A DNA stretch of 32,000 nucleotides from Acaryochloris marina MBIC11017. GTDB taxonomy: Bacteria; Cyanobacteriota; Cyanobacteriia; Thermosynechococcales; Thermosynechococcaceae. The position numbers and the translations under genes are program-made. Each line of letters opens with the position of its first letter. Within the stretch, counting starts at the first letter, position 1. This document shows, piece after piece, positions 1-9,255 of the stretch. Location of the stretch: contig NC_009925.1 of the NCBI RefSeq assembly GCF_000018105.1, forward strand, positions 6,120,001 to 6,152,000, given 5' to 3'. A model generated the notes under the pieces. It did no database searches and was not told the origin of the DNA. It worked only from the letters and a program-made list of their open reading frames with translations.

Positions 1-770
<770 letters not shown>

Positions 771-1049
771 TCATCCTTGCCAGATGCGGGTTCTATGACC
801 CAGGCGATTGTTCGAGTTAGATGGAGAGCCGAAGAGTGTGGCGGCCCAAGCTTTTTTACGGTTTGCTCAACCAAGGGGGAGACGGCCTACCACACCTTCC
901 ACAATACAAGGGGGACTAATAATAGTGCTCCTCCTGTATCCATGAATCAAGACCACCTGGGATCGTCCTCACACTGCTTGAGTACCTGGATCACAAATTA
1001 TTCTGCTCAGGATGATTAAGATCACCCTACGGAATGGTTTGAGATCAAT

Positions 1050-2003
1050 ATGTCCGCTGAAATAGCAGTACGCACCCAGGGATTGACGAAGCGATTTGGT
1101 CGTCACGTTGCGGTCAACGACTTAGACTTAGAAATTGGTTCAGGGGAAGTTTTTGGGCTTATTGGTCCTAATGGAGCCGGTAAGACCACCCTGATTCGGA
1201 TGTTGGCGACGGCAGAACAGCCCACCCTTGGCCATATCTATATTCGAGGCCAGTTGTTAGAGCGCAATCAAACCAATGCTCATCTTAAGCGCCTGATCGG
1301 TTATCTCCCCGATGATTTTCCCCTCTACGAAGATCTGACGGTGTGGGAATATCTCAATTACTTTGCCCGTTTGTATGAGTTACGCCAGCCTCGCCGCCGT
1401 CAACGTCTGTTTGATGTTTTGGAGCTGGTGCAGTTGACCCATAAGCGACGGAGTTCCGTTGCCAGTCTATCGCGGGGCATGAAGCAGCGACTGGGCCTCG
1501 CTAGGACAATCATCCATGAGCCTGTTTTGCTGCTGTTAGACGAACCCGTCTCTGGCTTAGATCCCCTTGCTAGAGTTCAGTTTCGGGAATTGATTAATGT
1601 GCTGCGAGAGGCAGGCATGACTATTGTCATTTCCTCCCATATTCTCAGTGACCTCGCCGAACTTTGCACCTCAGTGGGGATTATGGAATTGGGCTATTTG
1701 GTGGAAAAGACTTCACTCCAGCAGCTTTACCAAGCCTTAAGCCAACAGCAAATTCAGATTGCCACCCTGGGGGACTTGCCGCCCGTGGAACAACTGTTGG
1801 GGCAATGCCCTCATATAGAGAGTTGGCGTGTAGATCCAGCGACCCAACAGATCAAAGCTCAATTTCAAGGGAATCAAGCAGATGCCGCTGCCTTATTGCG
1901 ATCTCTCCTAGCAGCTGATATTCCCATCTATAACTTTCAGTGCATTCAAGAAGATTTAGAAACCATCTTTCTCGATAAACTAGATCATAAGCAGGTGTCA
2001 TAA
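1050..2003 (+). CDS. ABC transporter ATP-binding protein (ABC-2/NatA-like)
   Basis: Walker A GPNGAGKTT, signature LSRGMKQRL and Walker B LLLLDEP are present. The stop TAA directly abuts the ATG of the next ORF (2001-2006 taaatg). Confidence 0.9.
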   Translation: MSAEIAVRTQGLTKRFGRHVAVNDLDLEIGSGEVFGLIGPNGAGKTTLIRMLATAEQPTLGHIYIRGQLLERNQTNAHLKRLIGYLPDDFPLYEDLTVWEYLNYFARLYELRQPRRRQRLFDVLELVQLTHKRRSSVASLSRGMKQRLGLARTIIHEPVLLLLDEPVSGLDPLARVQFRELINVLREAGMTIVISSHILSDLAELCTSVGIMELGYLVEKTSLQQLYQALSQQQIQIATLGDLPPVEQLLGQCPHIESWRVDPATQQIKAQFQGNQADAAALLRSLLAADIPIYNFQCIQEDLETIFLDKLDHKQVS

Positions 2004-3692
2004 ATGGGCAAGGCTCAATTTTCCCTTGTAAACAGAGGGATCGAAACCCTGGGCGACTGGAATCCGCAACTGATGCGGGAGATCCAAGGTCGATTGAAAT
2101 TACGTAGTGTGCTTTTGACAGTATTCTTGTCTTTGATCGCTCAAGGACTGTTTCTTTTCTGGCAATATCGGACGTTAGATTATCGGTGGGGGAATTGCCA
2201 AACAGCTGAATATCGAGAAACAGGCTTGGACTGTTTCCAAGTCAGCAAAGAACAATATCTGTTAGTGAACTGGCAAGGGTGGTGGCTGCAGGTCTTTTCC
2301 TGGAGCTGTATATTCTTAATGTTTGGCCTGATTGTAGGCGGCACCTTTTTGCTAATTAGTGATCTCTCGAAAGAGGATCGCCAGGGAACCCTGACATTTA
2401 TTAGTCTTAGCCCCCAAACGGCCCGCACCATCCTGCTGGGTAAGATGTTGGGTGCTCCCTTCCTAATTTATTTGGCTGTTCTTCTCGCTTTACCGCTCCA
2501 TTATCTGACGGGTTTAGCCGCTGAAATTTCGGTCATCAGAATATTGGGTTTTGATGTCTTACTCTTGGCAAGCTGTTGTTTCTACTACAGCCTGGCTTTA
2601 TTACTTGGTCTTGCCAGCAACTGGCTCAATGGCTTTCAAGCTTGGATCAGTAGTGCAGGTATTTTGTTGCTCCTGCTATTGCTCTCCCAAAATGCTTTAA
2701 CCTCCAGTTCTATCGACTGGCTCTATACCTTATCGCCATCAGCAGTATTGCCTTACCTTTATGAAGATATTGTTCCCAGTCTTATTGGGGTGAATCTCCC
2801 GTTTAATGCTTACGGGTTATCGGACTGGCAGTGGTTCTTTGTTCCGCTTGGGAGAAGTGGGGGTCTGATAGGGGTTTTTGCCTTAGCTCATTTCGGATTA
2901 TGGGCGTGGTGGCTCTGGCGTCCCCTGCAACGACGCTTTCGCAACCCAACGGTCTCGCTTCTCAGTAAAAAGCAAAGCTATTGGGCAACCGCCTGCTTCT
3001 TCGTCTGTTTCTTGGGATTTTCATTCAATGCAGGAAACAACACACCATCCAATATGATTAAAGCCATTATCCTCACTCATCTGTTGTGGTTCCTGTTGAT
3101 GGTTGTATTATTACTCCCTCACCATCAAGATCTAGAGGATTGGGCTCGGTTTCGAGGAAATTATCCTTCTACAAAGGGTAAAACACAGCGCTTTAGAGAT
3201 TTATTGTGGGCCGATAACAGTCCGACTTGGATTGCGATCGCAATCAATCTGGGCATTGCCAGTCTTCCGATTATGTTTTGGATGCTGTCTTTACCCGAAG
3301 ATGACTCTGGAGTCGGCATTGCCGCACTCTTGTTCAATTCCACCTTGATATTGATTTTTACCTTATTTAATCAAGTGATGATGTTGCGGCCCATCTCCAA
3401 TCGCAATTTGTGGGTGGTGGCAACATTGTTGGGACCCACCATCGTACCCGCTGTTGTACTTGCTATTTTAGGGATTAGTCCTGGACAAGCCTGGGGTAGT
3501 TTGATCTTACTTACCCCCTTTGCGATGGTTAGTATCAAAGAAATATCAGTCTTCAGTGCTTTGCTGATGTTTGGAATCCACTTAGGTCTGATCGCAGCTT
3601 TGAGCTGGCTACAGGACCGAAAGCTTATACAATTCGGGGAGTCTACTTCCCAGCAACTCCTTCGAGGTGATGTGTCTGTTGAGCAAGGCTAA
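2004..3692 (+). CDS. Large multi-pass membrane protein, putative permease partner of the ABC ATPase
   Basis: The 562-aa ORF has many hydrophobic segments and abuts the ATPase gene, which suggests translational coupling. I recognise no specific family. Confidence 0.6.
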   Translation: MGKAQFSLVNRGIETLGDWNPQLMREIQGRLKLRSVLLTVFLSLIAQGLFLFWQYRTLDYRWGNCQTAEYRETGLDCFQVSKEQYLLVNWQGWWLQVFSWSCIFLMFGLIVGGTFLLISDLSKEDRQGTLTFISLSPQTARTILLGKMLGAPFLIYLAVLLALPLHYLTGLAAEISVIRILGFDVLLLASCCFYYSLALLLGLASNWLNGFQAWISSAGILLLLLLLSQNALTSSSIDWLYTLSPSAVLPYLYEDIVPSLIGVNLPFNAYGLSDWQWFFVPLGRSGGLIGVFALAHFGLWAWWLWRPLQRRFRNPTVSLLSKKQSYWATACFFVCFLGFSFNAGNNTPSNMIKAIILTHLLWFLLMVVLLLPHHQDLEDWARFRGNYPSTKGKTQRFRDLLWADNSPTWIAIAINLGIASLPIMFWMLSLPEDDSGVGIAALLFNSTLILIFTLFNQVMMLRPISNRNLWVVATLLGPTIVPAVVLAILGISPGQAWGSLILLTPFAMVSIKEISVFSALLMFGIHLGLIAALSWLQDRKLIQFGESTSQQLLRGDVSVEQG

Positions 3693-3723
3693 TTTCGTAC
3701 CCAGTCTATAGGATGGATATACC

Positions 3724-4698
3724 TCAATTTGTTGGGAGTCTCTCGTTCGTTTTGGTTTGAGAATCTTGTTGTTCGGCCAAAGCTAATAAGGTGACCTCCC
3801 ACACTAATCGAGGTTGAGCATAGTGACGCAGCTGTTCCTTCGCTTTCTCAAACTGATGGAGCAAGACAGAATTGCCATAGGTACGCCAGTATAGCTGTTG
3901 ATAATAATCTAGGAGCCACAGTTGAGAGGGGAGGTCCAGAGCTTGATCAATTTTCTGAGCCAGCTCAAGACAGGCGAGGGGCGTGTTTAGATCGTCCAAA
4001 TTGGCCTGCAAGAGATCGGGTGAAATGGAGTCTTGCTGATGCCAATGTGCGATCGCACATCCAGGACTCCCCTGAGCCATCTCGATCAATTGAGGATACT
4101 CCAAAATCTCTCCATATCCCGCCTGATCCAACACCTGAGCCATTTGAGCAGCATTCAGTCGACTAAACGGGATACGCTGACACCGCGATACCAACGTTGG
4201 TATCAAAGCGTCAATATTTGGTGCCAATAAAATCAATGTGGCATTTCCAGGCTCTTCTAAACTTTTGAGTAGCGCATTGGCGGCAGCTTCATTCATGGTT
4301 TCCGCCCCCTCGATCACCACAGCCAATCGGGATGCCTCCAAAGGGGATTGGCTGAGGAACTGGGTCATGTCTCGAATTTGGGCCAAGCGTATTTGAGGAT
4401 GGCTCCTCGGCAGGGCAATCTCCTGTGCCTGCATTTGAGCCACCGTCATCAGTTTGTTCTTATGTTTATAGGTCGGGGCAATCCATAGGCTATCAGGATG
4501 GTTTCTCAGGCTGCGCTGCTCCGTTTGTTCTGGATCTAGCAGCAAACTGAGAAACTGTTCGGCAACCCGACTTCGCCCAATGCCTTCAGGGCCAGCAAAG
4601 AGATAGGCAGGGGCAATGCGTTGGGTTGAGATGGCCCGCTGCAAATACTCAATTGCTGCCGATTGACCAATAATCCCCTTAAACATTAGGGATACCAT
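3724..4698 (-). CDS. holB: DNA polymerase III delta-prime subunit
   Basis: It has an AAA+ clamp-loader fold: FAGPEGIGR P-loop region, VVIEGAE Walker B-like box and the LVSRCQRIPF SRC motif. It overlaps the upstream tmk by 13 nt (4686-4698), the common tmk-holB arrangement. Confidence 0.85.
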   Translation of the reverse strand: MVSLMFKGIIGQSAAIEYLQRAISTQRIAPAYLFAGPEGIGRSRVAEQFLSLLLDPEQTEQRSLRNHPDSLWIAPTYKHKNKLMTVAQMQAQEIALPRSHPQIRLAQIRDMTQFLSQSPLEASRLAVVIEGAETMNEAAANALLKSLEEPGNATLILLAPNIDALIPTLVSRCQRIPFSRLNAAQMAQVLDQAGYGEILEYPQLIEMAQGSPGCAIAHWHQQDSISPDLLQANLDDLNTPLACLELAQKIDQALDLPSQLWLLDYYQQLYWRTYGNSVLLHQFEKAKEQLRHYAQPRLVWEVTLLALAEQQDSQTKTNERLPTN

Positions 4699-5381
4699 TC
4701 CTGAAGTCGCGATTCTAGAATGCCTTGAATTTGCTGGGCAACCACGTCATCCGATTGATGAGCCTCTATACGAAAAATCCGCTCTGGATGTTGACGAGCT
4801 AAATCTGCGAACCCTTGTCGTAACCTTTGATGAAAGGCTATCTCATTGGCCTCCATACGATCGGTCTCAATCTCTGGATCCTGCTCCCGATCGTGGGTCC
4901 TAGCCAGACCAAATTCAGGATCGATATCTAACCAAAAGGTGAGGTCACTGACTAATCCTTGGGTTGCAATCTGATTGAGCTGATGGATTAAGGTTAGGTC
5001 TAGTTCTCGACCATATCCCTGATAAGCGATAGTGGAATCCGTATAGCGATCGCATAAAACTAATGCCCCCTGCTGTAGATGCGGTAGCAGGCAACTCGAA
5101 ACATGTTGAGCCCGATCGGCCGCAAACAGTAATAACTCCGCCCGTTCATCGATCGATTCATTCCCCGTTGCGGTCACATCCAACAACAACTTACGAATGC
5201 TCTTACCTAAAGCCGTTCCACCGGGTTCTCGGGTTGTCAGGACTGAGGGATAATCACCCTGTATATATCCCTTAATTCGGTTTGTCCAGCCGCTCCCTGT
5301 TAACCATTCAAATACCAAGTTGAGTTGAGTGGTTTTACCCGCTCCTTCGCCACCTTCAAAAACAATAAATTTGCCAAGCAT
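4686..5381 (-). CDS. tmk: Thymidylate kinase
   Basis: FIVFEGGEGAGKTTQ P-loop, TREPGGT and DRY motifs are present, and the length is typical (231 aa). Confidence 0.9.
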   Translation of the reverse strand: MLGKFIVFEGGEGAGKTTQLNLVFEWLTGSGWTNRIKGYIQGDYPSVLTTREPGGTALGKSIRKLLLDVTATGNESIDERAELLLFAADRAQHVSSCLLPHLQQGALVLCDRYTDSTIAYQGYGRELDLTLIHQLNQIATQGLVSDLTFWLDIDPEFGLARTHDREQDPEIETDRMEANEIAFHQRLRQGFADLARQHPERIFRIEAHQSDDVVAQQIQGILESRLQEWYP

Positions 5382-5430
5382 GAATCAGCCATGAAAGTCA
5401 TGCTCTCTATCTTGCCCTGGAAGTTGACTT

Positions 5431-5676
5431 TTAAGCATCCAATTCTGGGCGACGATTCTGAAAATAGAGCTGGCGCGTCAGTTGTTGTCTTGCTTGAACA
5501 TACTCAGATGAGTTTTCGACTCTGCTACCACTCTGCTCAGTAATACAGGCATCTAGCTCGTCATTCAGTTTGTCAATCAGGTTCAGGGCGACTTCATCTT
5601 CTAAATAGGTTTGCAAAAATAACACAGCAATGATGTTATTGATATCTCGATTGGTCAAATTGACCCTACAATCCAT
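5431..5676 (-). CDS. Small hypothetical protein (81 aa) upstream of tmk
   Basis: This is the ORF-track entry 5431..5712. I prefer the internal ATG at 5676..5674 because GGAGAAG (complement of 5681-5687) sits about 5 nt upstream. It is co-directional with tmk-holB. I recognise no domain. Confidence 0.45.
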   Translation of the reverse strand: MDCRVNLTNRDINNIIAVLFLQTYLEDEVALNLIDKLNDELDACITEQSGSRVENSSEYVQARQQLTRQLYFQNRRPELDA

Positions 5677-6317
5677 GTAGCTTCTCCTACGATGCGGTAA
5701 AGTTCCCCCCACACCATTAGGTCAACACTCAAATTTGAGAAGGACATGGAAATCCCAGTCAATCCTCACTCCAGATTGAAAAACAATCGGAGAATGACCT
5801 ATGTATCCGTTGAAATTTGTATTGAGTGACAGCAGCCTACGCCTCTCTTAGGGTTAGCGATGGTTAATGGCTAAACATAGAGAGAATTGGCGATAAGATG
5901 CATTTCCCCGCGACAGCTCAAAACAGTGGATAAATATATTCGTTCATCCAAGATAGCTCATTAAATCTCTACCGTCACTATTTAAAGAATGGGAGATGCA
6001 TTGATGTCCCGTCCCATCGCTAGCATAGTCTTCTTACTTTCATTGAAGGGTTAACCCTAGGAGATTGAGCGGGACAGTATGCACCCGCAGGTTATTACCG
6101 AATTCGGATAAACAACTCTTCTGGTGTACACTCATTTAATAATTTTTAAAATGGAATATTGTCAGGATCGTTTTGAAAGATCGGTGTTGGGCATCGGATA
6201 AGGAATGGCATTTGACTGGCCCAATCTCTAGGAACCAAGTCTTCTCGATTTTATCGGTTGCCTAGCTTGCTGAAGTGAGAGCAAGAGCATCTATCACATC
6301 TAAGAGTGTCACAATAA

Positions 6318-6626
6318 GTGAGTACACTCAACTTGAACGCCCTAATGGCCATCAATAAAGTTCAAATACGGCGTCTACATGCTCGAATTGCACCGATATG
6401 GTTTCTGCCGCTTATCCTGACCTCCCTTTCAGGTTCCCTTTATCAAGTCGCCAGTCTTATGAAAGCCAATAGTGATTTCTTTTGGTTGCTCGACATCCAT
6501 AAAGGCAACTTTGGCCCCCTCAAGCTAGAAGTCATTTATCCTTTTATCAATACCTTTGCCCTGCTGATGCTGGCGGTAACCGGCATCACGATGTGGCTGC
6601 AAACACCTCGCAGAAAACGTTCATAG
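6318..6626 (+). CDS. Small PepSY-associated-TM-like membrane protein
   Basis: A pattern of two TM helices is visible: RRLHARIAPIWFLPLILTSLSGSLYQ .. DIHKGNFGP .. IYPFINTFALLMLAVTGITMWLQ. This resembles small cyanobacterial PepSY-TM proteins. The ORF-track start is GTG at 6318; the ATG at 6345 is an alternative. The stop TAG abuts the next ATG at 6627. Confidence 0.55.
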   Translation: MSTLNLNALMAINKVQIRRLHARIAPIWFLPLILTSLSGSLYQVASLMKANSDFFWLLDIHKGNFGPLKLEVIYPFINTFALLMLAVTGITMWLQTPRRKRS

Positions 6627-7331
6627 ATGCTACCTACTGTCATATTGCCGGGGTATCTGGCTCCGGCGAAAGACTATCTAGACCTCCAACAACAACTGAA
6701 TGCCTTAGGCACAAAAACGACCATCGTTCCTCTCCAGCGCAAAGACTGGTTTGTCACCTTAGGGGGACGTCCCATTACCCCTATTCTTGAACAGCTCGAT
6801 CACACCGTTCAGCAGGTTCTGGAACGCACCCAAGCCCCTCAAGTCAACATTGTCGGCCATTCTGCTGGTGGATGGATCTCCCGGATTTATATGGGAGCAG
6901 AGCCCTACTGTGATCAGGTTTGGCAAGCTCAGCCCAAAATTCACACCCTGGTTAGCCTAGGGACCCCCCACACCAGTAAAGAAGCATGGACCCAGCGCAA
7001 CCTCAATTTCGTCAACAATAATTATCCCGGAGCGTTCCATCCTGAAGTTAAATATGTATGTGTTGCCGGGAAAGCCCTCTATGGACAGCGCAGTTGGCGG
7101 TTGGGACAGTGGTTTACCTACAGCAGTTATAAGGTCACTTGTGGTGAAGGCGAATGCTGGGGCGATGGTGTTACTCCGGTGATGTCTGCCCATCTGTCTG
7201 GTGCGCTCAATCTCACCATTGATCAGGTTTGGCATTCCCCCCATCCCACCCAAGCCGTTCCTAAAAATACGGATTATCTGTGGTATGGCTCCCCAGCAGC
7301 GATTAAACAGTGGAGCACTTATTTGGCATAA
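6627..7331 (+). CDS. Alpha/beta hydrolase, lipase/PGAP1-like
   Basis: The nucleophile elbow VGHSAGG (GxSxG) sits in a 234-aa ORF that is start-stop coupled to the preceding gene. Confidence 0.7.
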   Translation: MLPTVILPGYLAPAKDYLDLQQQLNALGTKTTIVPLQRKDWFVTLGGRPITPILEQLDHTVQQVLERTQAPQVNIVGHSAGGWISRIYMGAEPYCDQVWQAQPKIHTLVSLGTPHTSKEAWTQRNLNFVNNNYPGAFHPEVKYVCVAGKALYGQRSWRLGQWFTYSSYKVTCGEGECWGDGVTPVMSAHLSGALNLTIDQVWHSPHPTQAVPKNTDYLWYGSPAAIKQWSTYLA

Positions 7332-7425
7332 CGGGTAGCTGAGGGGTTCCTCCTGCCCAGGTTGTCATTAAGAAATCTGGGGTCTTCCCTCAGCCAATCT
7401 GTCAATACCTCAGATCTTCCAAAAG

Positions 7426-7458
7426 AAAAGAGGTAAGTTTATACGTCTTACCTCTTTT
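7426..7458. terminator. Bidirectional intrinsic terminator between the hydrolase gene (+) and psbD (-)
   Basis: A perfect 9-bp stem AGAGGTAAG (7429-7437) / CTTACCTCT (7447-7455) encloses a 9-nt loop. It can extend to 12 bp using the flanking A and T runs. On the minus strand the stem is followed by UUUCUUUU; on the plus strand by UUU. Confidence 0.7.
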
Positions 7459-7479
7459 GTAGATAGCAGCTTTTTGCCG

Positions 7480-8535
7480 TTACAACGCATTGCCTCTAGG
7501 TAAAACCTCTTCAGGGAAGACAAAATTTTCGTGAATTTGATCCTGAGGAGCCATCCAAGCTCTAAGACCCTCATTGAGCAGGATGTTTTTGGTATAAAAC
7601 GTTTCAAATTCTGGATCTTCTGCTGCACGGATCTCTTGGCTAACAAAATCATAGGCTCTCATGTTGAGGGCAATGCCGACTAGCCCAATCGCCGAAGCCC
7701 ACAGCCCAGTCACGGGAACAAATAACATAAAGAAGTGCAGCCAGCGCTTGTTCGAAAAGGCTATTCCAAAGATCTGAGACCAGAAGCGATTGGCCGTTAC
7801 CATGGAATAGGTTTCTTCTGACTGGGTGGGACTAAAACCACTAAAGGTGTTGGCATCTTTAGTGTCCTCAAATAAAGTGTTTTCTACCGTTGCCCCATGG
7901 ATGGCGCAGAGCAGTGCCCCACCTAAGATACCCGCCACCCCCATCATATGAAAGGGATTAAGGGTCAGGTTATGAAACCCTTGGACAAATAGTAAAAAGC
8001 GGAAAATACTGGCTACGCCCCAACTGGGAGCAAAGAACCAACTGGATTGCCCTAAGGGATACATTAAAAAAACAGAAACAAAAACGGCAATGGGACCACT
8101 AAAAGCAACTGCGTTATAAGGTCGCACATTTACTAGCCGAGCAATTTCAAATTGCCGCAGCATAAAACCAATCAGCCCAAAGGCACCATGTAAAGTCACA
8201 AAGTTCCACATGCCCCCAAGTTGGCACCATCGAGTAAAATCTCCTCTAGCCTCTGGTCCCCACAGCAAGAGTAAGGAATGTCCCATACTATCCGCAGGGG
8301 TAGAGACGGCTGCAGTTAGAAAATTGCACCCTTCGAGATAAGAACTCGCGAGGCCGTGGGTATACCACGAGGTGACAAAAGTCGTTCCCGTAAACCATCC
8401 GCCAATGGACAAGAACGCACAGGGGAATAGTAATAACCCTGACCAGCCTATAAAGACAAAGCGATCGCGTTTCAACCAATCGTCGAGGACATCGAACCAG
8501 CCTCGCTCTTGGACACGTCCAAGTGCAACTGTCAT
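7480..8535 (-). CDS. psbD: Photosystem II D2 reaction-centre protein, stand-alone copy with no overlapping psbC
   Basis: The 351-aa product [26 protein letters not shown]...[12 protein letters not shown] is near-identical along its length to canonical D2. The start is set at ATG 8535..8533, preceded by GGAGGTT (complement of 8541-8547). The ORF-track TTG at 8553 would add 6 residues that are not conserved. Confidence 0.95.
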   Translation of the reverse strand: MTVALGRVQERGWFDVLDDWLKRDRFVFIGWSGLLLFPCAFLSIGGWFTGTTFVTSWYTHGLASSYLEGCNFLTAAVSTPADSMGHSLLLLWGPEARGDFTRWCQLGGMWNFVTLHGAFGLIGFMLRQFEIARLVNVRPYNAVAFSGPIAVFVSVFLMYPLGQSSWFFAPSWGVASIFRFLLFVQGFHNLTLNPFHMMGVAGILGGALLCAIHGATVENTLFEDTKDANTFSGFSPTQSEETYSMVTANRFWSQIFGIAFSNKRWLHFFMLFVPVTGLWASAIGLVGIALNMRAYDFVSQEIRAAEDPEFETFYTKNILLNEGLRAWMAPQDQIHENFVFPEEVLPRGNAL

Positions 8536-8824
8536 AGAATAACCTCCAGACAAGTGATGAGTAATCTTGATTTGTGGATGCAGTTATAACTCAGTTCCTA
8601 ACTGCATGAGCAGCCCACCAGGAAACATCGCAGATGAAGATCCGGTGTTGTGCTGTGTCACTCCATGTGGCTGCAGGCAAGTTTAGAATATTCCACCCAT
8701 CTCTTACGAATTGCTGCTTGAGCAATCAGATAGGTTAACGGAATTATCTGCCGGTAGAAGCTTTATCTGACAAAAAACAGAAGGCTTAATGCGCTAAATG
8801 TGCCCTTAAAATTTCAAAAAAGAC

Positions 8825-9043
8825 TTAGCTGGTAAAACTCAATCTTTTAGGGCTACGCAAATGGTGCTTTGACAACATCACAGGCCGATAAAATATTCGT
8901 TGTTTAGGGTGCTTTTTGGATGCCTGATAAGTGTCTGATAGCTTAGAAGGGACTTCTATCCAGCAATGGGGACAAAACCAGCTTACTCTCTCAAAGCGGA
9001 TTTGTCGTAGCAATGGATTCGAGCAGCAAGGACAGTCAGTCAT
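8825..9043 (-). CDS. Small zinc-ribbon-like protein (CPCC...CPHC)
   Basis: The 72-aa ORF starts MTDCPCCSNPLLRQIRFERVSWFCPHCWIEVP, with two CxxC pairs. It resembles a small Cys-rich family conserved in cyanobacteria. The basic C-terminal tail is less convincing. Confidence 0.4.
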   Translation of the reverse strand: MTDCPCCSNPLLRQIRFERVSWFCPHCWIEVPSKLSDTYQASKKHPKQRIFYRPVMLSKHHLRSPKRLSFTS

Positions 9044-9255
9044 AAGCTTTGTAGAAACGATTGCCGGGGAAAATGATTCTGTTCGGTATTAACCTTAGTT
9101 TGCAATCATGAGGAAGTTGTGAGGATAGACTTAAAGATCTCCGGTTAAGCCGAGAGGGAAGCGTCACTATCCCTCTCTTTGCAAAGGTTTTATACCTTCT
9201 GGAAGATGGGCTAATGGGTATGTAATAATCATCGCAATCTGAAACCTTCAAGTCT

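Noticed and set aside
5713-6317. 600-bp gene-free region examined for an RNA gene, riboswitch or small ORF
   Set aside because: I could recognise no tRNA-like T-loop, no known riboswitch core and no conserved-looking peptide. The only finding was a 10-bp EcoRI-centred palindrome (CCGAATTCGG), which I judged trivial. The region remains unexplained rather than annotated.
8554-9255. Search for a long palindrome (telomere-resolution site) flanking the protelomerase-like gene; 11371-11710 was also searched
   Set aside because: I found only short hairpins: TGCAGTTA/TAACTGCA at ~8579-8607, GAGAGGGA/TCCCTCTC at ~9151-9176 and TTCCCTC/GAGGGAA at ~11415-11445. Nothing approaches the >20-bp dyad symmetry of known tel sites.
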